A DNA stretch of 37,050 nt from Thermotogota bacterium (lineage in GTDB: Bacteria; Bipolaricaulota; Bipolaricaulia; UBA7950; UBA9294). The notes beneath the pieces were generated by a model, which was not told the origin of the DNA, did not search any database, and saw only the letters and a list, made by a program, of their open reading frames with translations. A program made the translations under genes and the position numbers. The stretch lies in the NCBI GenBank assembly GCA_039679545.1, contig JBDKUT010000127.1, positions 1-37,050 of the forward strand, in the 5' to 3' direction. Positions 9,493 through 18,387 of this stretch are shown piece after piece. Each line of letters opens with the position of its first letter. The first letter of the stretch is position 1.

Positions 9493-9555
9493 ATGGCAGC
9501 GACCAAGAAGCCGGAGAAGAAGCCGACGAAGCCCGCTCCGAAGAAGTCTAAGTAG
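9493..9555 (+). CDS. 20-aa Lys/Pro-rich microprotein MAATKKPEKKPTKPAPKKSK
   Basis: Consensus promoter, AGGAGGT RBS, ATG...TAG, followed by a terminator; below the size cutoff of the ORF track. Confidence 0.75.
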   Translation: MAATKKPEKKPTKPAPKKSK

Positions 9556-9562
9556 TTGGTTC

Positions 9563-9625
9563 GAGACGACAGCAGCCTCCAGCAAGCCCACCAGGATGGA
9601 GAGGTTGCTGTCGTCTTTGTTGCTT
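9563..9625 (+). terminator. Intrinsic terminator after the microprotein gene
   Basis: 17-bp stem GAGACGACAGCAGCCTC (9563-9579) / GAGGTTGCTGTCGTCTT (9601-9617) with 2 G-U pairs, then TGTTGCTT. Confidence 0.7.
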
Positions 9626-9761
9626 CGGCTCGTACGCTCCGCAGCCGGCTCTTCACGTGCGCCCGCCACCAGCGACCTCGCCTCCCCTTTCAACGTATCC
9701 CAGCCCGTGTGCTATGCTGCCGGTGGAAAACGGCTGGCTCATACCTCGGAGGGAGTTCGCC

Positions 9762-10703
9762 ATGAAGGCGGTCGAAACGATCGGTCTGGCACTTGGATCA
9801 GGCGGCGCCCGTGGAGCGGCGCACACCGGAGTTCTGAAGGTCCTGCAACGTGAGGGAATTCCGATCTCCGCGGTCACCGGCTCCAGCATCGGATCTCTGG
9901 TCGGCGCCGCGTTCGCCGCGGGCGTCCCGATCGAGGACGTCGAGCGGGAATGGTTGGCCACGGATGTTCAGAGGAGGATCCTCCTCAGTTTCCTTCCGAC
10001 GTTCCCCCGAGCCGGCCTGAGCTCCGGGTCGGAGCTCAAGCGGATGCTCACGGAGCTCCTCGGGAGCATCGAAATCCAGGATTTGCCAATCCCGTACGCT
10101 GCGGTGGCGTGCGACATCGATACCGGGGACGCGGTCGTTCTTCGCGAGGGCTCCCTCGTCGACGCGGTTCGCGCCTCGACTGCGATTCCCGGCCTGTTCC
10201 GACCTGTACGACGGGACTCCCGCTTCCTCGTCGACGGCGGATTGGTGGACCCCGTGCCGGTGGGCGCCTGCCGGGCTCTCGGTGCCGACGTCGTGATCGC
10301 CGTCGACATCGCGCCGCGTCCGGTTCCGACGACGTCGCGCGGGCGCGGCGTCTGGGAGCGTATCGGGGACAGCCTTCACGAGGGCCTGGCTCATCGTGCG
10401 TGGGTGCCGAGCAGTCTGACGGAGCTCCTCGAGCACGGAGTCCGAGAGAACCCGGAACGACCACTTCCTGGTTTGTACAGCATTCTCAACCAATCGATCT
10501 CCATCATGGGCCAGGAGATCCTTCGTCAAAAGATGCGCCTCGACCCACCGGACGTCGTGATCCGCCCTGAGCTAACCCTGACCATCTTGAGCTACCTGCG
10601 GGCCAAAGATGGAATCGAGGCTGGAGAGCGAGCGGCGGAGCTCGCGATGCCCGAGCTACGACGAATTCTCGCCGATCGAACCGCAAGAGGAGGCGTTGCG
10701 TAG
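9762..10703 (+). CDS. Patatin-like phospholipase (RssA-like)
   Basis: GSGGARG, GSSIG nucleophile, DGG; RBS GGAGGGAG; extended -10 TGcTATGCT at 9710-9718. Confidence 0.92.
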   Translation: MKAVETIGLALGSGGARGAAHTGVLKVLQREGIPISAVTGSSIGSLVGAAFAAGVPIEDVEREWLATDVQRRILLSFLPTFPRAGLSSGSELKRMLTELLGSIEIQDLPIPYAAVACDIDTGDAVVLREGSLVDAVRASTAIPGLFRPVRRDSRFLVDGGLVDPVPVGACRALGADVVIAVDIAPRPVPTTSRGRGVWERIGDSLHEGLAHRAWVPSSLTELLEHGVRENPERPLPGLYSILNQSISIMGQEILRQKMRLDPPDVVIRPELTLTILSYLRAKDGIEAGERAAELAMPELRRILADRTARGGVA

Positions 10704-10705
10704 CC

Positions 10706-11215
10706 ATGCGGAACGCGCGTAGGTGTTTCGCGAGGACGCAAGACCAGAGTGTCCGGGCGAAGCGAAACCCGCTGTTCCTCGGAATCGCCCTCGTCATGGG
10801 TGTGTGGATTGTCGGCAGCGCCGAGGGCCTCGCGAAGGACCCCGATGTCGTGGTCTTCTACCGGGAAGGTTGCCACGACTGCGCCCGAATGGACGAGGTG
10901 CTGAAGCCGCTGGAGCAGGAGCACCCCGACCTCGTCGTTCTCCGCCTCGAGGAGACGGCGAACCTCGACCTTCTGTGGGCTCTCTCGTCAAAGTACGGAA
11001 TCCTGCCAACGGCATTCCCTGTCATCTTCGTGGGAGCCAAGGCCTTCGCCGGCGTCGGCCGTGAGAAGGAATGGCAGCTTCGAACCGCCGTAGAGGCCTG
11101 CCTCGAGAGCACGTGCACGTCACCCCTCGCTCTGCTCGCGGAGTCCAAGTTCCCTTGGAAGTTGGTCCTGCTCGCCGTTCTCGCAGCCGTCGTACTCCTC
11201 GTCGTCGCGCTCTGA
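10706..11215 (+). CDS. Membrane-anchored thioredoxin/glutaredoxin-like protein
   Basis: N-terminal hydrophobic segment, FYREGCHDC (CxxC), cis-Pro-like FPVIFVG, second Cys pair, C-terminal TM helix. Confidence 0.75.
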   Translation: MRNARRCFARTQDQSVRAKRNPLFLGIALVMGVWIVGSAEGLAKDPDVVVFYREGCHDCARMDEVLKPLEQEHPDLVVLRLEETANLDLLWALSSKYGILPTAFPVIFVGAKAFAGVGREKEWQLRTAVEACLESTCTSPLALLAESKFPWKLVLLAVLAAVVLLVVAL

Positions 11216-11264
11216 GTACCGCCCGACGCACGGTCGTCACGGCCGGTGTTCTGTGTGCCACCGG

Positions 11265-12172
11265 ATGCTTCACCTGGACGAGCAGGAGCGACCTCGCTTC
11301 CCGAAGGATGCCATGCGGAATTCCGTGCCGCTTGTTTCAGGCCGCGCCCACGTCGTCCTTCCCAGCTCCGCAGTCGTTCCGCAGAACGCCAAGTCACTCC
11401 TGACGACGGACAGAGCGACCGCCAGCTCCGTCGTGGAAAACTACGTTATCTGCACCGACGGATTGGGCCGAGAGGATCTTTCCTATGACTACATCGCGGA
11501 CGATGCGGGCACGCCGCTTGACCTCCAGCGGGACATGTTTTCCCTCCTCGACCTCGCGTGGAACTGTGGACTCCCTACGCCGGTGATCGACTGCGCCACC
11601 TCGAAGCAGGTTGAGGAAGCACTCAACCTCTCCGCCAAACACGGCGTTGCGGGATTCGCCGCCCGCAACGCACCTTGGACACCACTCCCAATGACGTACT
11701 TCAGCCATTCGATCGAAATGGTCGCATGGTCGATCCCCGTCCGAAGCATCGAACCTGCTGTGCCTACTCAACCCGAAGCGCTTCGCAGATTGGGACAACC
11801 TGTTGCGCCCGCCCCCATCCATCCGCTACGACGTGCCCGCCGTCGACCCGCTCACCGAAGACGAGGATTCCCTGACCTGGTGGAGGTCGCCGCTTCGAAA
11901 AAAGTCGACGGAGCACGCCGTCTTGTGCTCGCGTGCCTCTGCATCGGTGAGGTCAAAGACTCCCGATCTTTAGGGAAGAGCCGAGTGGAAAACTCGTCCG
12001 CCAGAGACCAACTCGGGGGGACGGGAAGACCCGACGGACGAGGCAACTACGCTGTCCAGTAGGGACACCCGGAATGGTAGGGCATTGTGTTCGACTCCCT
12101 GACGGCGATCCTCGCCGCTGGGTTCAATAGGGCTGCCTGAATCGCGTCGACGCGCATGAGCGGTTCGAGGAC
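11265..12172 (+). pseudogene. Degraded MJ1477/TM1410-family (GH114-like endo-alpha-1,4-polygalactosaminidase) gene
   Basis: Relic motifs VVPQNA, DGLGREDLSY, RRLVLACLCIGEVKD (cf. RRLV.AY.SIGEAEDYR), GNYAVQ*GHPEW*GIVF...ILAAGF; in-frame TAGs at 12060 and 12078 and frameshifts near 11750, 11870 and 12135. Confidence 0.75.
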
Positions 12173-12188
12173 TTCTGGCCGCGCTGTG

Positions 12189-12308
12189 CTACTGTTTCAT
12201 TCGGCGGTAGATCTTCCACATCAGGAACGCGACGAACACCAGGAGGGCCACAAGGAAGATGATGTTGAAGACTGCACCGCCACGACTAACGACTGGAGTC
12301 GAATCCAC
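12189..12308 (-). CDS. 39-aa single-TM small protein
   Basis: GTG after AAGGGGAGG; MDSTPVVSRGGAVFNIIFLVALLVFVAFLMWKIYRRMKQ, hydrophobic helix plus basic tail; 17 bp after the phosphorylase stop. Confidence 0.65.
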   Translation of the reverse strand: MDSTPVVSRGGAVFNIIFLVALLVFVAFLMWKIYRRMKQ

Positions 12309-12325
12309 AGACCTCCCCTTCCGCC

Positions 12326-13063
12326 TTACGACGAGACTTGTGCCAGGCGGGTCACCGCATCCAGAGCAACCTCGATCTCCCGATCGACCGCGTTCCGGAC
12401 GAGGTCCCGGTGCGGATCGTGCTGGCCGGCCGACGCGGAGCGCGCGTCCCCGTCGATGACGAGGATCGATCCCGCCCGAACCCGGCGCAACAGGGCGATG
12501 GCATACAGAGCCGCGCATTCCATCTCGACGCAGATCGCGCCGGACGCCGCGTACGCGTCGAGGCCGAGGTCGAGGACGCCACGGTAGAACGCGTCGACTG
12601 ATACACCCACGCCTCGGTGAACCCCACCTCCGCTGGCTCGCGCCGCCGCCCACAAGGCCGCCGACACGTCGGGATCGGCTACGGCAGGAACCTCCATCGG
12701 GACGAGCTGGCGGGACGTTCCTTCGCCCCGCACCGCCGCAATCGGGACAACGAGGTCCCCGGCATGAACGCTGTCGCAGAGAGAACCCGCCGTCCCGACA
12801 CGGATCAGCGTCTTCACGCCAACGCGGATCGCTTCTTCATAGGCAATGGCGGCCCCCGCGGCGCCTACTCCCGCCGAGGTGACACCAACCGAGACTCCTC
12901 GGTAGGTGCCGCGGTAGCTGTAGTATTCCCGGTTCGCTGCGACGCGCTCCGCGCGTTCGAGCCGCTCGGCAATCCGCTCAGCCCGCTTTGGGTCACCGGG
13001 AAACAGGACGATCTCCGGCAGGTCACCACGGTCGATCAAGAGGTGCGGACACGCCTTGGGCAC
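12326..13063 (-). CDS. Nucleoside phosphorylase (uridine phosphorylase/PNP_UDP_1 family)
   Basis: PGDPKR, NREY, GVGAAGAAI..EE, IRVGTAG, VEMECAAL. Confidence 0.9.
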   Translation of the reverse strand: MPKACPHLLIDRGDLPEIVLFPGDPKRAERIAERLERAERVAANREYYSYRGTYRGVSVGVTSAGVGAAGAAIAYEEAIRVGVKTLIRVGTAGSLCDSVHAGDLVVPIAAVRGEGTSRQLVPMEVPAVADPDVSAALWAAARASGGGVHRGVGVSVDAFYRGVLDLGLDAYAASGAICVEMECAALYAIALLRRVRAGSILVIDGDARSASAGQHDPHRDLVRNAVDREIEVALDAVTRLAQVSS

Positions 13064-13182
13064 CGAAACTCCACTCCTTCCTTGCGGTGCCTCATTCTAT
13101 CGACCGGGTCCGCGAACGTGAAGCTACGGCCGCCGCGGGCCGTCTCCGCTGAGCCGCACCTCAACCCTTCCTCGCGCGTTCG

Positions 13183-14241
13183 CTACTCCGCGGTGAGGAG
13201 TGCCCCGCCAAGCCGGCGAACGACCGCCGCGAGCAGACTCGCCGTGGCTTCAAGGTCGTCCCAATGAACGATCTCCGAGGCGGAGTGCATCGACCGAGTC
13301 GGAATCGAGAGGAGAGCGCTCACTGCACCTCCCCGCGAGATCTGGATCGCGTTCGCGTCCGTTCCCCGAGGCGCCGGCGCGATCTGATAAGGAAGCCTCT
13401 CCTCTTCCGCCGTCTCGACAATCATTTCGAACAAGCGAGGATTGACGGTGTATCCGCTGCCTACGATCGGCCCTCGACCGAGAAACACGGAGCCCACACG
13501 CCTCCTTGCCTCTCGATCCCCGGGCGTGTCCGTGGCCCACCCCACATCCACCGCGATCCCCACCTCCGGGGCCACGGCGAATGCGCTCGTCGTTCCTCCC
13601 CGAATCCCGACCTCTTCCTGCACTGTCGCCACCGCGAAGACGGCGGCCGTCACATCGGACCGGGCGATTTCCCGCACAGCCTCGGAGATGACGAACGCCC
13701 CAACGCGGTCGTCGAGCCCGCTCCCGACGACAAGCTTGTCCTGAAGCCGTTCCAGTCCGAGCGAGGGAACCGCGTGCTGACCGACACGCACGAGGCGCTC
13801 GGCTTCGGCGGCGTCCCGCGCGCCGATGTCGATCCACAGATCGGAGAAGCCGACAACTGTCTTCTCATCCTCCGGCGTAAGAAGGTGTGTCGCCCGGCGG
13901 CACACGATGCCTCGCACGAGGCCACTACGCCCCAAGAGATTCACACGCTGTCCCGGAAGCCCCTGCGTATCCCACCGTCCCATGCCCACAAAGGAGAGGA
14001 ATCCCGCCTCATCGATGTCGGTGATCACAAGGGCCAACTGATCCAGATGACCTGCAAGCATCACACGAGGTTGCCCATCCTCATTCACGCACGCGTAGGC
14101 ATTTCCGTGGGGGTCCGCCCACACCCTCTCCGCGTGGTGTTCGATCTGCTTGCGCCACACCCGAGCGGCGTCTGCTTCGTGGCCACTCGGCGCGGCAACG
14201 CTCATCAGGTCGCACAGCCGGCTCCATGCCTCCCGATCCAT
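13183..14241 (-). CDS. M42 family (TET-like) aminopeptidase
   Basis: PSGHE, GHLD, DLWIDIGA, LDDRVG, VQEEVG, AVDV, GTDA, MHS metal ligands; RBS AGGGAGG. Confidence 0.92.
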   Translation of the reverse strand: MDREAWSRLCDLMSVAAPSGHEADAARVWRKQIEHHAERVWADPHGNAYACVNEDGQPRVMLAGHLDQLALVITDIDEAGFLSFVGMGRWDTQGLPGQRVNLLGRSGLVRGIVCRRATHLLTPEDEKTVVGFSDLWIDIGARDAAEAERLVRVGQHAVPSLGLERLQDKLVVGSGLDDRVGAFVISEAVREIARSDVTAAVFAVATVQEEVGIRGGTTSAFAVAPEVGIAVDVGWATDTPGDREARRRVGSVFLGRGPIVGSGYTVNPRLFEMIVETAEEERLPYQIAPAPRGTDANAIQISRGGAVSALLSIPTRSMHSASEIVHWDDLEATASLLAAVVRRLGGALLTAE

Positions 14242-14365
14242 CGTCTTCCCTCCCTGTTGTCAAACGCTCAAGCCTCGACAACCGCACTTTGCAGGCTCGG
14301 AATCGGCCATAGTATAGTTCAGATCGAGTTTCGACACCAAGGTGGCCGGAAGTGCAGAGATCACG

Positions 14366-14409
14366 ATCTTGACAAATTGCATGGCCATACATATTGTTTT
14401 TGTCAAGAT
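14366..14409 (+). promoter_or_regulatory. Promoter of the ABC operon embedded in an 11-bp inverted repeat
   Basis: TTGACA (14369-14374)-N17-TATTGT (14392-14397); IR ATCTTGACAAA (14366-14376) / TTTGTCAAGAT (14399-14409). Confidence 0.7.
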
Positions 14410-14707
14410 GGTTGGACGAGCATGCCGAGGTCCAGAGCATCGCAGCCAGAAAGCACAACCCCCGGGCGTTGTTTCTCGAACGCCCTACCCTTCGAGTCGA
14501 CTCCCAACACCCTCAGATCTCACTTCTGGACCCCACGCTGTGCCTTACGACGTTGCCGAGAAGAGGAGCGATGCCTCCACGAGGAGGCGCCACCAGGCAC
14601 GGGCGCACGTCGCCGGGAGGTGAGACGTCACACGAGACGAATCGTTCCACGTTCGACATATTGCGCACGCAATCTCAGTACCAGTACGCAGGGAGGAGGC
14701 ACTATCT

Positions 14708-16342
14708 ATGGCGAGACGAGGTCTTCTGTTGGCGGTCGTCGGGATCCTGGTTGCTGGGCTATCTCTCGTTGTGCAAGCGGAGACGGACAAGTACGGCGGA
14801 ACGCTCACGTTTGGAGCGACCGCGGAGCCCGCCAAGGGGTTCGTTCCCATTCTCGGAAACGGCATGCCCGATCTAATGATCTACCAGTTCTGCGCGGAAC
14901 CCCTTACGTGGGGAGGCGAGAACTACCCGTCCGAACTCCGGCCCATCCTGGCCGAGTCGTGGGAGATGAGCGCGGACGAGTTGAGCTGGACCATCCACTT
15001 GCGCCGTGGCGTCCTGTGGCAGGACGGGCAGCCGTTCACCGCGGATGACGTCCTCTTCTGGGCACAGACCATCCAAGACCCCGCCGCCGGCGCCGTCTAC
15101 TTCATGAAGCGGTTCTACGTGGGTGACGTTCCCCATCGGTTTGAGAAGCTCGACGACTACACGGTGAAAGTGACCACCGCGAAGCCCGTGTACCGGCTGA
15201 TGCAGGACATCTGTGTCCCGCTGATTCCACGGCACATCTTCGTCGACAACGGCATCACGAGTTCCGGGCTCTCCACGAGCGTGTGGAACACGCAGGGGTG
15301 CGTCGGGACAGGGCCGTTCAAGGTCGTGAGCTACAGCCGCGGCGAGGCGATCATCCTCGAGCGCAACGAGACGTACTGGGGCGGCCGCCCGTACCTCGAT
15401 CGTCTGATCATCCGCATCGTCCCGGATGCCGACGCTCTGGTGAGCGCCATGCTCACCGGGGAGATCGACTGGGCACGGCTTCGGACGGGGAGCGTAGATC
15501 TGGATGACATCCAAGCGGCGTCTCACCTCACCGCGATCACTCCGCTGATCGACTACTCGTCGTACGTCGGGGTCAACGTCAAGAAGCCGATGCTCGCTGA
15601 CAAGCGGACGCGACAGGCAATGCTCATGGCCCTCGACCGCGAGGCCATCGTCGGCAACCTCCTCGGAGGACTCGGCGTCGTCATGAACGCGCCGTGGAAC
15701 CAGGTAGTCACGGCCTACACCCCAATGATCGGGTATGACTACAACCCCGACGCGGCTCGGCAGCTTCTCGCGTCCGTCGGATGGGAGAAGGGATCGGACG
15801 GAATCCTCGTGTCCAAGAACGTCAACGGGGTCTCCCCAGGAAGCCGGTTCGTGATCGAGTACTCGAGCATCTCCGCGTCCGACAATCTCCCGGTCCTCGT
15901 CCAAGCTTACCTACGAGAGATCGGCATAGACGTAACGATCCGCTTGATCGATCAAGCGACCCTGGCCGCGGAGAACGACGGAAAAGCCGACAAGCCGTTC
16001 GACCTGATGCGTTTGAACTTCGGGTACTTCGGATCGAACGCGGGAGCGTACGCTCGAGCCTTTGGCACCGGGGATGCATCGGTTTCGCAGACCTGCTACG
16101 ACAACCCGGAGACGGCCAGGCTGTTCACGCTCGGCAGCAACACGTCGGATCCTGCCGTTGCGGATACGTACTACCGACAGGCGGCGGAGATCGTCTGGCA
16201 CGAGCTGCCCGTGCTTCCGCTCTTCCAGCAGATGCGCGCGTGGGGAATCAACAAGCGTGTTCACACGGAGGAGGCTGTGGCCAACCCGGGCATCTACAGT
16301 CAGTTCGAGTTCGTAGGTAGGATCTGGGTCGACAGGCAGTAG
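14708..16342 (+). CDS. Peptide/nickel ABC transporter substrate-binding protein (family 5)
   Basis: Signal peptide, LAESWEMS.D...WT.HLR.GV.WQDG.PFTADDV, GTGPF, YWG.RPYLD; RBS GGAGGAGG. Confidence 0.93.
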   Translation: MARRGLLLAVVGILVAGLSLVVQAETDKYGGTLTFGATAEPAKGFVPILGNGMPDLMIYQFCAEPLTWGGENYPSELRPILAESWEMSADELSWTIHLRRGVLWQDGQPFTADDVLFWAQTIQDPAAGAVYFMKRFYVGDVPHRFEKLDDYTVKVTTAKPVYRLMQDICVPLIPRHIFVDNGITSSGLSTSVWNTQGCVGTGPFKVVSYSRGEAIILERNETYWGGRPYLDRLIIRIVPDADALVSAMLTGEIDWARLRTGSVDLDDIQAASHLTAITPLIDYSSYVGVNVKKPMLADKRTRQAMLMALDREAIVGNLLGGLGVVMNAPWNQVVTAYTPMIGYDYNPDAARQLLASVGWEKGSDGILVSKNVNGVSPGSRFVIEYSSISASDNLPVLVQAYLREIGIDVTIRLIDQATLAAENDGKADKPFDLMRLNFGYFGSNAGAYARAFGTGDASVSQTCYDNPETARLFTLGSNTSDPAVADTYYRQAAEIVWHELPVLPLFQQMRAWGINKRVHTEEAVANPGIYSQFEFVGRIWVDRQ

Positions 16343-16358
16343 GGGCCTACATCACGGC

Positions 16359-16390
16359 GAGGCAGGGCGGGAAGTGAGCCGCCCTGCCTT
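16359..16390 (+). other. Intercistronic stem-loop after the SBP gene
   Basis: GAGGCAGGGCGG-N8-CCGCCCTGCCTT 12-bp stem; typical position for differential mRNA stability in ABC operons. Confidence 0.6.
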
Positions 16391-16402
16391 GGAGGGGGCA
16401 AG

Positions 16403-17374
16403 ATGGCACGATACCTCGCCGGGCGCCTGGCGTTCTGCGTTGTGCTTCTCCTCGTGATTTCGTGGGCCGCGTTTTTCGTGATGCACTTGGCTCCGGGGGA
16501 CCCCCTTGCGATGTACGTGGATCCCGAGAAGGGATTCCTGACGCCCGACGAGAAGGACATCCTCAGGCACAACCTCGGGCTCGATCGCCCGCTGGTGGTG
16601 CAGTACACCTACTGGTTGGGAAACTGCCTCCAGGGAGACTGGGGCTACTCGCTGCGCAGCCGACTTCCCGTCATGGAGGAGGTTCTTGACCGTCTCCCCA
16701 ACACGCTCCTCCTGAGCGGCATCGCGCTGGTCGTCGCCGTGACCCTCGCCCTACCGATCGGGACGATCACCGCGGTCCGACGATACGGCGTCATCGACTA
16801 CGGCTGCACCATCGCGGCGTTCGCAGGAATCTCAATCCCGTCGTTCTTCTTCGCCATGCTGGTGGTGTGGCTGTTCTCCGTCAAACTGGGCTGGCTGCCC
16901 AGCACAGGCATGCACTCGTTTGCCGCAGGCGCATCGGGTGCCGAAGCCTTGTGGGACGTAGTTCGGCACCTCATCCTTCCGGCCGCCGTCCTCTCCCTAA
17001 GGGAGGTTGCGTCGTGGACGCGCTACCAGCGCTCGTCGGTGCTTGACGTGCTGAATCAGGACTACATGCGGACGGCCCGCGCGAAAGGACTCCGCGAGAC
17101 CCGGCTCATCGTGCGTCACGGCGTGCGCAACGCGCTGATTCCAATGGTGACGCTCGCCGGGCTGTCCCTGCCCGAGCTGGTGGGCGGGTCGTTCGTCGTG
17201 GAGACCATCTTCGCGTGGCCGGGGATGGGTCGCCTCGGCGTCCTCGCCATCCAATCCCGTGACTTCCCGATCGTGATGGGTGTCACGATGGTCACATCAA
17301 CGGTGGTTCTGGCGGGCAACCTGCTCGCCGACATCCTCTACGCGTGGGTGGATCCCCGCATTCACTACGACTAA
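16403..17374 (+). CDS. Peptide ABC transporter permease (OppB/DppB-like)
   Basis: PGDP, GLDRP..VQY, DYMRTARAKGL EAA loop, ETIFAWPGMG, DPRI. Confidence 0.94.
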   Translation: MARYLAGRLAFCVVLLLVISWAAFFVMHLAPGDPLAMYVDPEKGFLTPDEKDILRHNLGLDRPLVVQYTYWLGNCLQGDWGYSLRSRLPVMEEVLDRLPNTLLLSGIALVVAVTLALPIGTITAVRRYGVIDYGCTIAAFAGISIPSFFFAMLVVWLFSVKLGWLPSTGMHSFAAGASGAEALWDVVRHLILPAAVLSLREVASWTRYQRSSVLDVLNQDYMRTARAKGLRETRLIVRHGVRNALIPMVTLAGLSLPELVGGSFVVETIFAWPGMGRLGVLAIQSRDFPIVMGVTMVTSTVVLAGNLLADILYAWVDPRIHYD

Positions 17375-17392
17375 GGCGACGTCCGAGGAGGC

Positions 17393-18289
17393 ATGGTTGT
17401 GAGGATCGGCGCGAGGGGGAAGAAAGAGCCGTCGCAGGGACAGCTGGCCCGGACGTGGCGGTCGTTCCGACGACACAAACTGGCCGTGGCCAGCCTGGTC
17501 TTCCTCGTAGTTCTCGTCACGATCGCCGCGCTGGGGTCACGCATCATGCCCTGTGATCCTCTCAAGATTGACCTCAAGGCCGTTCCGGGAGGAAAGCCGG
17601 CGGCACCCGGCGCAGCGCACTGGCTGGGAACGGATGAAATGGGGCGCGATGTCTTCTCCAGACTGATCAGCGGCGCCCGCGTCTCGCTGATGGTGGGACT
17701 GGTTGCCACGGGATTGTCTTTGGTCTTCGGCGTGACGCTGGGCGCCGTCGCAGGATTCTTCGGCGGGCTCGCAAGTTCGCTCATCATGCGAACGGCCGAC
17801 ATCTTCCTCTCTCTGCCCCGGTTCTTCCTGATCATGGTCGTGAACGCGTACCTAACCCCGAGCGTCTACAACATCATGGCGGTCATCGGGCTGTTCAGCT
17901 GGATGGGGGTGGCCCGACTCGTGCGCGGCGAGTTCCTCCGCCTCAAGGAGCAGGAGTTCATCACGGCGACCAAGGCGCTCGGGGTCCCGACCGGTCGGGT
18001 CATCCTCCGCCACCTCCTTCCGAACTCGGTGGCTCCGATCATTGTCGCCGCGACGCTTCAGATCCCGTATGCGATCCTCACCGAGTCCTCGCTCAGCTTC
18101 CTAGGACTGGGGATCGCCCCGCCGCTCGCGTCGTGGGGAAGCATGCTCAACCTGGCAAAGCCATACATCGCTACCGCGTGGTGGCTGTGGGTTCCGGCTG
18201 GCGTCCTAATCTCGCTCACCGTGTTTGCCTTCAACTTCGTGGGCGACGGGCTTCGAGATGCGCTGGATCCGCTTCAGCACAGGCGCTAG
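17393..18289 (+). CDS. Peptide ABC transporter permease (OppC/DppC-like)
   Basis: HWLGTDEMGRD, RHLLPN, ESSLSFLGLG, GDGLRDALDP. Confidence 0.94.
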   Translation: MVVRIGARGKKEPSQGQLARTWRSFRRHKLAVASLVFLVVLVTIAALGSRIMPCDPLKIDLKAVPGGKPAAPGAAHWLGTDEMGRDVFSRLISGARVSLMVGLVATGLSLVFGVTLGAVAGFFGGLASSLIMRTADIFLSLPRFFLIMVVNAYLTPSVYNIMAVIGLFSWMGVARLVRGEFLRLKEQEFITATKALGVPTGRVILRHLLPNSVAPIIVAATLQIPYAILTESSLSFLGLGIAPPLASWGSMLNLAKPYIATAWWLWVPAGVLISLTVFAFNFVGDGLRDALDPLQHRR

Positions 18290-18387
18290 CTCCACTGGAG
18301 GGGCAATGGGCATCGATCGAAACGAAGAACGTGGGGCACGTCGGAGCGCTGCGGCGCTCGACGCCCCGAGAACGAGGGGGAACCCGT

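Noticed and set aside
9553..9765. Amber readthrough (Pyl-like) of the microprotein into the 69-aa downstream frame
   Set aside because: The downstream stem looks like a terminator, the extension has no protein-like features and no pyl genes are seen.
12060..12080. Two in-frame TAGs as evidence of stop-codon recoding
   Set aside because: TAG terminates many intact genes in this window, and the region also has frameshifts and motif erosion, so decay is the simpler explanation.
12084..12102. GTTCGACTCCC resembling a tRNA T-loop or att site
   Set aside because: Flanks do not form a T-stem or cloverleaf; it encodes VFDSL within the glycoside-hydrolase pseudogene.
14573..14588. GCCTCC-N4-GGAGGC hairpin recurring at 24360-24375 as a shared regulatory element
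   Set aside because: Only 6-bp arms built on an SD-like word, with different loops and contexts; two copies are not enough evidence.
13264..15048. 594-aa plus-strand ORF (likewise 29377-30387, 31090-32475, 14873-15904 and similar)
   Set aside because: Low-complexity shadow frames overlapping well-supported genes; expected in high-GC DNA.
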